A stretch of 64,000 nt of DNA from Candidatus Woesearchaeota archaeon (GTDB lineage Archaea; Nanobdellota; Nanobdellia; Pacearchaeales; GW2011-AR1), in the NCBI GenBank assembly GCA_964366325.1, contig CAYITD010000001.1, forward strand, positions 41,922 to 105,921, in the 5' to 3' direction. Under the pieces are notes generated by a model, which was not told the DNA's origin, searched no databases, and saw only the letters and a program-made list of their open reading frames with translations. Both the position numbers and the translations under genes were made by a program. Shown piece by piece: positions 17,625 to 26,756 of this stretch. How positions within the stretch are numbered: the first letter of the stretch is position 1; each line of letters opens with the position of its first letter.

Positions 17625-17954
17625 ATGGTAGAATTAAACGGAGAAGATGAATATGAGTTGCTTTTTTTAGAGGATGAATTGGCTAAGATAAGGGCAAGCA
17701 TTACAGAATACAATTACCATATTAGGCGCTCGCTTTTAGACGCAATAGTATCAGGAGAAGCCGAAAGAACAGGTGTTGACACAATGAAAGCAATCAAATT
17801 AGGCAGTTTATCAATTCTAGAAAGAGAAAGAGGCGAAAGAAATGGAGATGTTTTCTATTTTGACAGGTGTTTTAGACATCATGGTCAACTTTATCCACTC
17901 GACTCATTGTTTAACCTTCCTCCATCTTCTGCTCAATATGCTCACTTAGAGTGA
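17625..17954 (+). CDS. hypothetical protein
   Basis: This is a 109-aa ORF with no competing frame. No family was recognised. Confidence 0.45.
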   Translation: MVELNGEDEYELLFLEDELAKIRASITEYNYHIRRSLLDAIVSGEAERTGVDTMKAIKLGSLSILERERGERNGDVFYFDRCFRHHGQLYPLDSLFNLPPSSAQYAHLE

Positions 17955-18102
17955 AAATATGTGACTAGGTATACATTTCGCAGTCTCAAAATATTTATTG
18001 TCAAATTGGGTTTAATACATCATCAGTTTACTGTGGGGTAGCTCACAGCATAGACGAAAAAAAACTAATCATTTTAGAAGCCGTTGGCACACACAAAATT
18101 TA

Positions 18103-18255
18103 CTAATACTCAAATTCAACTATTTTTCCTTCTTTTATATTCTTCTCGCTTTCTAGAATCTGCTCCATCATTTCTGGATCTTGAAGAATCTCTATAGTTT
18201 CCTTCATGCCTTCATATTCTCTTAATGATATTGCTATCATTTTTCCTTCCATCAT
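18103..18255 (-). CDS. short Phd/YefM-like antitoxin fragment (50 aa), orphan
   Basis: This ORF is not in the supplied track. Hand translation gives MMEGKMIAISLREYEGMKETIEILQDPEMMEQILESEKNIKEGKIVEFEY*. The pattern IS..EYE....ET.EIL.DPE resembles the Phd/YefM family. No intact toxin ORF lies downstream. Confidence 0.4.
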   Translation of the reverse strand: MMEGKMIAISLREYEGMKETIEILQDPEMMEQILESEKNIKEGKIVEFEY

Positions 18256-18373
18256 TTAACGCAGTATTTTGTATTTATAATCTTTTGTTTTCTCTCGTTA
18301 AATCGATATTAAACCAATTAAAGAAAGATATATATATATATGATTTTATTTAATACAAATTATAAGTCTTTAG

Positions 18374-21300
18374 ATGAAAAATAAAAAAAGAGGATTCCGT
18401 ACAAAGAACAACAAACTTGTTCTTGAAAGTTCACAAAGCAAAATAGTTTTTTCTTTTGTTGTTTTAGCGCTTGCTGTTTTGATTGCGACTTCTATGGCTC
18501 AAATTGTTAGTTATAATGTTGTAAGATTGAGTCCAAGTGATGGAGGCTCGGTTGTTTTGCAGGAAATAAAAGTTCCTTCTAAAACAAGATTGTATAATTA
18601 TAGAGAGCTTACCTCTGTTGGTGTTGAAAGCAAAGAACTAATAAATAAAAAAGAATGGTCTGATTTTAAGAGGATATATGGAGATAAATGGAGTGTGAAG
18701 TGGAATTTAGAAACCAAAACTCCAACAAGTATTATTGGAAGTAATATACAAACATCTGTTTTTGGAGTTCAATCTGTTAATGTAGAGAACATAGACATTT
18801 TAGCTAAAAGTTTTATGAGCTCAAATAAAGAATTATTAAAGATAGAAACTTCCAATTTAAAAGTTATTAAGAAACAAGATAATGATAAATTAAAAATAAT
18901 TTCTTATCAACAAAATTACAATAATATTCCAGTATTTGGAAGTTACGTTTTGTTAGCTACAAAAAGTGATAAAATTGTTATGCTTAAGTCAAACTACTTT
19001 TCAGATATATACATATCTACCGTGCCGAAAATAACAGAAAAAGAAGCAAATAGAGTGTCTAAAAATTTCTTTAATGTTAAAGACAATTTTGACCTTTTTC
19101 CTAAATTGATAGTATATCCTTTAAAAAATGGAAAATATGTTCTAGCTTACAAAATTGACTTTCCAGTTATTAAAAACAACATCCAAGACAATGAACAACC
19201 AATTATTAAACCAAGTATTTTCATTAATGCAGAAAATGGGGGAATAATAGATTATTATGATAACATCAAATATGATGATTTATCTGGAACTGTGAATGGG
19301 CCAATTTATCCCGTATTTAGTGATGATCGTCAAATTGGTGTCCCTTTTAGAGATGAATGGGTTTATGGAAATGGTATACAAACAAAAACAACAAAACTAG
19401 GTTATTATCAAATTAGCAACTTAAGCGGAAATGTAAATCTTAATGCACATTTAGAAGGGCCTTGGGCTAACGTATCTAATGTGCAACAAAGTAGAGCAAA
19501 TTATTCAATGAATTTAATTGCTCCTACAACACACAACTGGAATTGGATAGACTTTGATAATTCTTACAAACAAGAAGAATCTAATGCATTTTATCACACA
19601 AATATTATTCATGATTATATCACTAAGACTTCTTTGAATGTTAGTGAAATGAATTTGCAGATGAAAGTGAATGTTAATTTACCTTATAGTTGCAATGCTT
19701 ATTATGATGGAAGTTCTATTAACTTTTTTATGGCTAATCCAGAGCGAAATTGCGAGAGCTCTGCATTAGATGCTGGAGTAATTTATCATGAGTATGGCCA
19801 TGGAATTAATAAAGGTTTAGTTGAGGTAAATTGGCCAAACGTGTGTGAAACTGGAAACATGAATGAAGGTTTAGCAGATTATTGGTCATGCACTATCAAG
19901 GATGACTCTTGCGAGTCCTATTTCACTGGTTCATGTGCTAGACCATGTGATAATAACAACAGATATCCTCAAGATTATACTTGTGAAGAACATTCTGGTG
20001 CACAGATAGTTTCAGGTGCTTTTTGGGATATAAGAAAGATTTATGGGGCAGAATATACTGATAAACTTGCTGTTGATGCTTTAAGATTACAACCAATGTC
20101 CTTCTCTGAACTTTTAGAGAACACCTTAATAGCCGATGACGACAATGAAGATTTAAGCGATGGAACCTCCAATATTGAGAATATTTGTTCTGCGTTCTGG
20201 GATAATCATGGAATATATAATCCGTTTTGTATAAATCGTACTTTGACAGGAATTGCTGTCATAATCTCGCCAAAAATAGAGTCAAATAATTTATTTAAAG
20301 GTAATTCTATTTTAGAGATAAAGGGAATTGTAAGCGGAACATCTTCTCAACCATTACGAAATTATGTTTTAGAGTTTAGTTCAAATAACGAAAACTGGTT
20401 TAGTGATGGAATTTCACTTACTGAAGGGGAAATAATTGATGGAGTATTGGGTTATTGGAATATGAGCAATTTAGATAATGGAATTTATACACTTAGATTA
20501 ACAGTTAATTATGGGGCAAATCAACATTCTACTTTTTTTGTCAGGGTAATAAAAGACAGTAATATTAGAAAAGGATGGCCTGTAAAAGAACCTTACGGAC
20601 ATTGGCTTGGTTCTTCACCAACGTTATCAGATTTAGATCATGATAACAATAACGATGTTGTTTTGGGGGGCTGGTCTAAAATTTTCATTCTAAATTATTC
20701 AGGAGGAGAGCTCTTTTCTGCAGGTTTGTTTACTATCACATCAAAACCATCTATTGGAGATCTAGAGGGTGATGGCAATTTTGAAGTTGTTTTTAATGAT
20801 AATTACGGAATTATTACTGTATTCAACAATATAGGACAGGTTTTATGGCAGAAAAATGCGGGCGATTCATCTAATATGTATGGTTCTACCACATTAACAG
20901 ACTTAAATGGAGATGGAAAATTAGAGATAGTTGTTGGTAATGATAATGGAAGATTAAGGGTTTTTGATTTTCAAGGAAACATTTTATGGTTAAATCAAAC
21001 AATTGGCAGCATAAGTGGTGTTTCAGTAGGGGATCTGGATAATAATGGAAATTTGGAAATTGTGGTACCTTCATATAATCATGAAACAGGCAAGTTTAGG
21101 ATTTATATTTATGATAAAGATGGAAATTACTTAATAAACCCCATAGATGTACAATTAATAAATCCGTATGATGATTATGGCAGTTCCAGTTGGCAATATG
21201 GGTCATCTCCTATCCTATCCGATATAAACAATGATGGATATAAAGAAATTATTATCGGTTTACCTGATGGTTCATTAGGAGTTTGGAATCATAATGGTAG

Positions 21301-22204
21301 TTTATATTGGAAACAAGAATTAAAACCAGGATATAGAACGAGATCTCCTGCAATAGGGGATTTAGATAATAATGGAAATTTGGAAATTGTGGCTTCATCT
21401 GGCAATGGCGTCTATGCACTATATTATAATAGCTCTTTAGTAAGCGGATTCCCTGTTTATCCAAATGAATATGATGATCATATATTGCTCTCTTCTCCTA
21501 TTTTAGCAGATATCGATAACGATAGTTATCTTGAAGTCTTGATTTCTTCAAATGATAAAGTTAAGATTTATAGACTTGATGGAAGCGAAATTTATATTAA
21601 TTCATTTTTTACAGGAAATAATTATGGAACAGTTGGAGTTGGGGATCTGGATAATAATGGAAAGACAGATATTGTTGTAGCTTCTTTTGGCTCTTATATT
21701 TATGCGTGGGAGTTAAACACTGCGTTAGGAACAACAAATAAGGGTTGGCCTGAGTGGCATTATGATAACAGAAATACTGGGTGCTACAAATGTCCAATCT
21801 GCGGAAACTCCATCATCGAAACAGGAGAACAATGCGACGATGGAAACCTAAACAATCCTGACGGCTGTTCATCAACATGCCAGATTCAAACTTATTTTGA
21901 ATGCTCTGGGCAACCAAGTATATGCAAAGCAATTTGTACAGACAGCGATGGAGGGGACAAACCATACAGAAAAGGTATAGTGAACATAGAAGCTTATAGA
22001 ATAAATGTTCAAGACGCATGCTTCAATTCGACAATGGTAAGAGAATATATCTGTGACTGGGATGCTGTAAGAAATGAAACTATCGCTAATTCAAAAGTGC
22101 AATCTTGCAACACCTGGTGCACAGACGGATATTGCACCTCTTCCCCATTAGGTGGACCAATTCCTACGAAAGTGCCTAGAAATCCAGCCAGCAATATTCA
22201 ATAG
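18374..22204 (+). CDS. large secreted multidomain protein: propeptide-like region, M36 (fungalysin)-like zinc metalloprotease, FG-GAP/VCBS beta-propeller repeats, Cys-rich C-terminal modules
   Basis: It has an N-terminal TM/signal segment (FSFVVLALAVLIATSMA) and an HExxH site VIYHEYGHGI, with NMNEGLADYW downstream. Repeated GDLDNNGNLEIVV, DLNGDGKLEIVVG and DINNDGYKEIIIG blades follow. The C-terminus carries CGNSIIETGEQCDDGNLNNPDGCSSTC (a myxococcal-type Cys-rich repeat) and a CTDSDGG module. Confidence 0.7.
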   Translation: MKNKKRGFRTKNNKLVLESSQSKIVFSFVVLALAVLIATSMAQIVSYNVVRLSPSDGGSVVLQEIKVPSKTRLYNYRELTSVGVESKELINKKEWSDFKRIYGDKWSVKWNLETKTPTSIIGSNIQTSVFGVQSVNVENIDILAKSFMSSNKELLKIETSNLKVIKKQDNDKLKIISYQQNYNNIPVFGSYVLLATKSDKIVMLKSNYFSDIYISTVPKITEKEANRVSKNFFNVKDNFDLFPKLIVYPLKNGKYVLAYKIDFPVIKNNIQDNEQPIIKPSIFINAENGGIIDYYDNIKYDDLSGTVNGPIYPVFSDDRQIGVPFRDEWVYGNGIQTKTTKLGYYQISNLSGNVNLNAHLEGPWANVSNVQQSRANYSMNLIAPTTHNWNWIDFDNSYKQEESNAFYHTNIIHDYITKTSLNVSEMNLQMKVNVNLPYSCNAYYDGSSINFFMANPERNCESSALDAGVIYHEYGHGINKGLVEVNWPNVCETGNMNEGLADYWSCTIKDDSCESYFTGSCARPCDNNNRYPQDYTCEEHSGAQIVSGAFWDIRKIYGAEYTDKLAVDALRLQPMSFSELLENTLIADDDNEDLSDGTSNIENICSAFWDNHGIYNPFCINRTLTGIAVIISPKIESNNLFKGNSILEIKGIVSGTSSQPLRNYVLEFSSNNENWFSDGISLTEGEIIDGVLGYWNMSNLDNGIYTLRLTVNYGANQHSTFFVRVIKDSNIRKGWPVKEPYGHWLGSSPTLSDLDHDNNNDVVLGGWSKIFILNYSGGELFSAGLFTITSKPSIGDLEGDGNFEVVFNDNYGIITVFNNIGQVLWQKNAGDSSNMYGSTTLTDLNGDGKLEIVVGNDNGRLRVFDFQGNILWLNQTIGSISGVSVGDLDNNGNLEIVVPSYNHETGKFRIYIYDKDGNYLINPIDVQLINPYDDYGSSSWQYGSSPILSDINNDGYKEIIIGLPDGSLGVWNHNGSLYWKQELKPGYRTRSPAIGDLDNNGNLEIVASSGNGVYALYYNSSLVSGFPVYPNEYDDHILLSSPILADIDNDSYLEVLISSNDKVKIYRLDGSEIYINSFFTGNNYGTVGVGDLDNNGKTDIVVASFGSYIYAWELNTALGTTNKGWPEWHYDNRNTGCYKCPICGNSIIETGEQCDDGNLNNPDGCSSTCQIQTYFECSGQPSICKAICTDSDGGDKPYRKGIVNIEAYRINVQDACFNSTMVREYICDWDAVRNETIANSKVQSCNTWCTDGYCTSSPLGGPIPTKVPRNPASNIQ

Positions 22205-22347
22205 AGAACTTTGCAAAATCGCTCAAAATTCTCTAACGATAAGTTTGAAACGCTGAAACTCTTCTATTTTTTAGACTGAAGATTTCAGACAAGTATTAAT
22301 TCAAACTTCTCAATAAAACTCTTACAGTATAAACCGAAAACATAAGG

Positions 22348-22354
22348 TTTAAAA
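22348..22354 (+). promoter_or_regulatory. TATA-like box for the ABC operon
   Basis: TTTAAAA is centred 26 nt upstream of the ATG at 22377. Confidence 0.4.
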
Positions 22355-22376
22355 CCTCTCCTATGTCTCAATTTTT

Positions 22377-23093
22377 ATGACAACCTTGATAGAACTAGAC
22401 AATGTAGAAAAGCATTACCAAATGGGAGAAAACTTAGTGAAAGCCGTAGACGGAATTTCAATAAAAATAGAAAAAGGAGATTTTGTAGCGATAATGGGTC
22501 CTTCTGGATCAGGAAAATCAACATCTATGAATTTAGTGGGTTCTTTAGACTTACCAACACATGGAGAAATATATCTAGACAACAAAGATATTGCTCATTT
22601 AGACGAATCACAATTAGCTCAAATAAGAGGAAAGAAAATAGGGTTTATCTTCCAAGGCTTTAATTTAATACCTAACTTAACAGCAAAAGAAAATGTTATG
22701 CTTCCAATGCTCTTTCAAGGTCTAGATTCCGAGCATAGAGAACAGAAAGCGGAGGAATTGTTAGCTCTTGTTGATTTAAGTGAGCGAATAGACCATTACC
22801 CTGGACAATTATCAGGCGGACAACAGCAAAGAGTAGCTATCGCTCGTTCGTTAGCTAACGATCCAGAAGTTATTCTAGCTGATGAACCAACAGGTAATTT
22901 AGACACAAAAACAGGGGAGAAAGTATTAGGTTTTCTTGAAGATTTAAACAAGAAAGGAAAAACAATAATCATGGTAACTCATGATCCTAACTTAGCTCAA
23001 ACACATGCAAAAACAATTTATTGGATCAAGGATGGTAAAGTGGAAAAGCTTACAAAAAGAGTGAAAGGCGTTTGGAAAGAGATAAAAGGTTAA
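22377..23093 (+). CDS. ABC transporter ATP-binding protein (MacB/LolD/FtsE-type)
   Basis: It has Walker [10 protein letters not shown], the signature [13 protein letters not shown], Walker [13 protein letters not shown] and the H-loop VTHD. Confidence 0.9.
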   Translation: MTTLIELDNVEKHYQMGENLVKAVDGISIKIEKGDFVAIMGPSGSGKSTSMNLVGSLDLPTHGEIYLDNKDIAHLDESQLAQIRGKKIGFIFQGFNLIPNLTAKENVMLPMLFQGLDSEHREQKAEELLALVDLSERIDHYPGQLSGGQQQRVAIARSLANDPEVILADEPTGNLDTKTGEKVLGFLEDLNKKGKTIIMVTHDPNLAQTHAKTIYWIKDGKVEKLTKRVKGVWKEIKG

Positions 23094-23156
23094 TTGTAAC
23101 CCTTGTTAAGTTACCACAAAACAAACATTTTTAAATCAATAAAATCTAAGATAAAC

Positions 23157-24041
23157 ATGGAAAAAATAGGAATAAAAATATCTACAGCATTGGTTTTTTT
23201 AGTCTTAGCTATCTCTCTTTCCTCAGCAGTTACTTTAAATTCAGTAGACGTTGATCCCATGTCACCTGGAAAAGAAGGGTCAATAAGGATGGAAATAGAA
23301 AATATTCTAAATGAAGATGTTGAAGACGTTTCAGTTTCTCTTAAATTTATAAATACACCATTTATACCTATTGGAAGTTCAGACGATTCAGTAGATGAAA
23401 TAAATGAAGATGACGAAGAAAGTTTTGTATTCAGAATAAAAGCTTCAAATAATATTTTACCTGGAGATTATGAAATTCCTTACACAATCACATATAGGCT
23501 AAAAAACTCTGATAATCAACTTACAAAATCAGGTTCGATCGGGATCAAAGTAATTTCAAATCCAGAGCTATCATTCACAATTAATGTAGAAAATCCTGTT
23601 GAAAACCAAAAGGGAAAAATATCTATAAAAATAGTAAACAAAGGTTTTTACGAAGCAAGGTTCGTTTCAATAAAGGTTCTTCCTACATCATTTACTTTAC
23701 TTTCAGATCCTGAAATATACATAGGGAGCGTCGACTCTGACGATTTTGAAACAGCAAACTTTGACGTCATTTTCAAGAAATCAGGCAACTCTAATGTTGA
23801 GGCAACCGTTGATTACATAGATTTTGAGAATAAAAAACAGACAAAAAGCTTAGATCTTCCAATATCAGTTTATTCACAGGAAAAAGCTCTTGAGCTAGGA
23901 ATAATCCAAGCAAATCGTGTTCCACTTTACTTAGGTTTGTTGGTAGGCTTAATTGTTTTAATCTTCGTAATAAGATACATAAGAAGACGCATGCGTTTGA
24001 GGAAAAGCATGCAGGCAAGAAATACCAACGGAGGTAAATAA
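23157..24041 (+). CDS. exported beta-rich protein with a C-terminal TM anchor (CARDB/COG1361 S-layer-domain-like)
   Basis: It has a signal peptide MEKIGIKISTALVFLVLAISLSSA and two repeated beta-sandwich-like segments (PGDYEIPYTITY). The C-terminal anchor is LYLGLLVGLIVLIFVIRYIRRR. The track start at 23103 is a TTG; ATG at 23157 is preferred. Confidence 0.6.
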   Translation: MEKIGIKISTALVFLVLAISLSSAVTLNSVDVDPMSPGKEGSIRMEIENILNEDVEDVSVSLKFINTPFIPIGSSDDSVDEINEDDEESFVFRIKASNNILPGDYEIPYTITYRLKNSDNQLTKSGSIGIKVISNPELSFTINVENPVENQKGKISIKIVNKGFYEARFVSIKVLPTSFTLLSDPEIYIGSVDSDDFETANFDVIFKKSGNSNVEATVDYIDFENKKQTKSLDLPISVYSQEKALELGIIQANRVPLYLGLLVGLIVLIFVIRYIRRRMRLRKSMQARNTNGGK

Positions 24042-24042
24042 A

Positions 24043-24363
24043 ATGGAAGATGAAAGTCTTTTAGTTATAAGCGTTAAAAGAGTAGTAAAAGAAGAGAGCA
24101 GACTTGAACAAATATATGCTGGTCCAGGCACTATTGGAGACTGGGAGGACTTCGTTCCTGCAGGATATAAAAGAGAAGCAGAGTATAGAATTCTAAATAT
24201 TTTCAGATCTGTCACACCCAATAGACTAGATGTTGAAGACTATGCTGCTAAAAGGGTAGCACATGGAAAATATAATGTTCATTCTCATCAACGTATTAAC
24301 CTATTTGGTTCAGACATAGATCATTTAGTTAGATTTTTACGACCTAAAGGAGAGAGAAGATAA
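24043..24363 (+). CDS. small soluble protein, paralog A1 (unknown family)
   Basis: This 106-aa protein starts after a 1-nt spacer from the upstream stop. It shares Y.G.G...W.D..P, Y.I..F, RV, LV.FL and a C-terminal RR with the next ORF. Confidence 0.6.
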   Translation: MEDESLLVISVKRVVKEESRLEQIYAGPGTIGDWEDFVPAGYKREAEYRILNIFRSVTPNRLDVEDYAAKRVAHGKYNVHSHQRINLFGSDIDHLVRFLRPKGERR

Positions 24364-24364
24364 A

Positions 24365-24691
24365 ATGGAAAAAGAAACAGGCACAGAGCCAAATGGGGTA
24401 AGAAAAGAATTTTTCATAACTGATCCAAATGGAGAAGTTGTTTATGAAGGAAATGGCAGTTTTTTTAACTGGAGAGATTTAATTCCAAACGAACATAGAG
24501 GTAGCGAAAGCTATGTTATAACTAGTTTTCATTCAGACGAATCTGACAGTATATTTTTAGAAAATTGGCGAGCTCATAGAGTAAGTGATAATTTTTATGC
24601 TACAGACATTCAACAAACTTCAACTTTAAGTGCACCTATTCTTAGTAGACTAGTCTCATTCTTAGCAAGAGTAAATTCAGATAGGAGGTAA
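24365..24691 (+). CDS. small soluble protein, paralog A2 (unknown family)
   Basis: This 108-aa protein starts after a 1-nt spacer and is collinearly similar to A1. Confidence 0.6.
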   Translation: MEKETGTEPNGVRKEFFITDPNGEVVYEGNGSFFNWRDLIPNEHRGSESYVITSFHSDESDSIFLENWRAHRVSDNFYATDIQQTSTLSAPILSRLVSFLARVNSDRR

Positions 24692-24697
24692 ATCTCC

Positions 24698-25915
24698 ATG
24701 ATAAAAGATTACATAGTTCTAGCTCTAAGAAACCTAAGAAAAAGGGGAATAAGGTCCTGGCTTACAATGTTAGGCGTTTTCTTAGGAATAGCCGCAGTTG
24801 TCTCTCTAATTTCCCTAGGTCAAGGCCTTAGAGAAGCAATAACAGGACAATTCTCAAATCTTGCTCCTGATTTATTAACTTTCACTTCAGCAGAAACTGG
24901 CTTTGGTCCTCCAGGAAGCACAGCAGTCCATAGATTAACAGATCACGATCTAGATTTAGTAAAATCAATTCAGGGAGTAAAAAGAGCAATCCCTAGGATA
25001 ATTAGGGTTGTAAAAGTGGAATTTAACAATGTAGCTAATTTCGACTATATTGGAAGTCTTCCAGAAAATCAGGAAGATGTAGACTTTATTTATCACACTT
25101 TTAATGTGGAAGCATCGGAAGGCCGATTGTTAGACGCAAAAGAATACGGTAAAGTAATCTTAGGAGACGATTTCAAAAGAGAAAATCAATTTGAAAAAAA
25201 GATAAAAATCGGAGACAGGATAAACATTCAGGGAAAAGATTTTGAAGTCATAGGCTTCATGAAAAGAGCAAGTACATTTACAATTAATTCCGTAGTTTTA
25301 ATGTCAGAAAAAGATCTCAAAGATATATTAAACATTAAAGATGAAATAGATTTAATAGCTATCCAAGTTCAAGATAAAGACATAGTTGAACAGGTTGCAA
25401 AAGATATAGGAAGAAAGTTTAGAAAAGACAGAAATGAAGAAGAAGGAGAAGAAGATTTTTCAATCCAAACTCCTGTCCAATCGCTTGAATCAATAAACAC
25501 TATCTTAAATGTAATAAATATTGTAGTTGTAGGTATTGCAATTATCTCTCTATTTATAGGTGGAATAGGCATAGCAAATACAATGTTCACTTCTGTTTTA
25601 GAGAGAAGAAAAGAAATAGGGGTGATGAAAGCAATCGGAGCGAAAAACAAAGACATTCTTTCTATTTTCGTTACAGAATCCGCTCTTTTAGGCCTAGTAG
25701 GAGGAATTATAGGAGCCATAATTGGTCTTCTCCTCGCCCTTGGAGTTTCTTCGATAGCAAACGCAGCATTCAATGATGAAATCCTAAAAGTTTCAATTTC
25801 TTGGCCTCTTTTATTCGCATCAATTTCCTTCTCTTTAGTAATCGGAATTCTTTCAGGAATTATTCCAGCCTATCAGGCTTCTCGCTTAAATCCCGTGGAG
25901 GCGCTTAGAAAATGA
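24698..25915 (+). CDS. MacB/FtsX-type ABC permease with an extracytoplasmic MacB_PCD-like domain
   Basis: It has N-terminal LRKRGIRSWLTMLGVFLGIAAV, a large loop, and an FtsX module with GGIGIANTMFTSVLERRKEIGVMKAIGAKNKDI. The C-terminus is NPVEALRK. Confidence 0.85.
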   Translation: MIKDYIVLALRNLRKRGIRSWLTMLGVFLGIAAVVSLISLGQGLREAITGQFSNLAPDLLTFTSAETGFGPPGSTAVHRLTDHDLDLVKSIQGVKRAIPRIIRVVKVEFNNVANFDYIGSLPENQEDVDFIYHTFNVEASEGRLLDAKEYGKVILGDDFKRENQFEKKIKIGDRINIQGKDFEVIGFMKRASTFTINSVVLMSEKDLKDILNIKDEIDLIAIQVQDKDIVEQVAKDIGRKFRKDRNEEEGEEDFSIQTPVQSLESINTILNVINIVVVGIAIISLFIGGIGIANTMFTSVLERRKEIGVMKAIGAKNKDILSIFVTESALLGLVGGIIGAIIGLLLALGVSSIANAAFNDEILKVSISWPLLFASISFSLVIGILSGIIPAYQASRLNPVEALRK

Positions 25916-26349
25916 GCCTAGTATCCGAAAAAAACAGAAATCTAAGAAGCGTAGCTACAGCATTAAAATATTCTGGAATAGAAACGCCGGAAGAAAGAAG
26001 ACAAGTTATTAAGAGAATTAATTTTTACGCTAATCCAAGTCTGTCAGTTGCACAATCTTTCGTAATTCTTTCAGTATCTGAGCTTATTATTACATACTTA
26101 GAAAGAATAAATTCACAACCTTATTCTCATGCATTAGCCTGTTGTTTATCTTTTATATCTGCACTCCATGGACTTAACAATTTTAATAAATCTTTCTATC
26201 TAGTAAAAAATGCAAAAGAAATTGTCTCAGAGCAAAGAAGAAGACTAAGTAAAGATTATGTTCAAGATAACAGATCAGATGGAGAAACAGACTTATCAAC
26301 TTATTTAGACAAAGCGAAATCTTTTGGCTTAGGAGGAATTTTAAGATGA
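25912..26349 (+). CDS. small 2-TM-like protein, paralog B1 (unknown family)
   Basis: This 145-aa protein has an ATGA overlap with the permease stop. It has an EERRQVIKR motif, two hydrophobic segments and a C-terminal GLGG. Confidence 0.55.
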   Translation: MSLVSEKNRNLRSVATALKYSGIETPEERRQVIKRINFYANPSLSVAQSFVILSVSELIITYLERINSQPYSHALACCLSFISALHGLNNFNKSFYLVKNAKEIVSEQRRRLSKDYVQDNRSDGETDLSTYLDKAKSFGLGGILR

Positions 26350-26756
26350 AAGTTTCAAAAAGAATTACAGATTTGATAGGCACTATTAGAAATTTAAGAG
26401 ATTTAAATTTATATGACAGAGAGGAAAGAAGAGAGATAGTAAATAGGTTTTATCGAGCACAAAGGATTAGCGGAAACTCAACTAAAAATTCTCGCCTTGC
26501 AGAAATATCAAATAATTTAGTTTGCCTGTTGCAAAGTTATGTAATAATCTCTTTTGATTTACCCATTGCCTATTTTTGTTTACCTGTTGCTTCATATTGG
26601 TTTAGTAATAAAATGAGGATAAAGGGGTTAAACGATGATTTTATTTCAAAGGTCAATACAACCAGTTATCTTCAAAGACAAATAATGTCTGGCGAATCCA
26701 TAAGCGAACGAAGTAATAATTATGGTCTAGATAAACTACTAGGAGGCTCACAATGA
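26346..26756 (+). CDS. small 2-TM-like protein, paralog B2 (unknown family)
   Basis: This 136-aa protein has 4-nt overlaps on both sides. It has an EERREIVNR motif, two hydrophobic segments and a C-terminal LLGG. Confidence 0.55.
   Translation: MKVSKRITDLIGTIRNLRDLNLYDREERREIVNRFYRAQRISGNSTKNSRLAEISNNLVCLLQSYVIISFDLPIAYFCLPVASYWFSNKMRIKGLNDDFISKVNTTSYLQRQIMSGESISERSNNYGLDKLLGGSQ

Noticed and set aside
22264-22300. An oligo-T run (TATTTTTTAG) and the small hairpin CTGAA-GAT-TTCAG lie downstream of the protease gene. I considered them as a terminator.
   Set aside because: This is plausible for an archaeal oligo-T terminator. However, similar T-runs occur by chance throughout this AT-rich sequence, and the evidence is not strong enough to list it as a feature.
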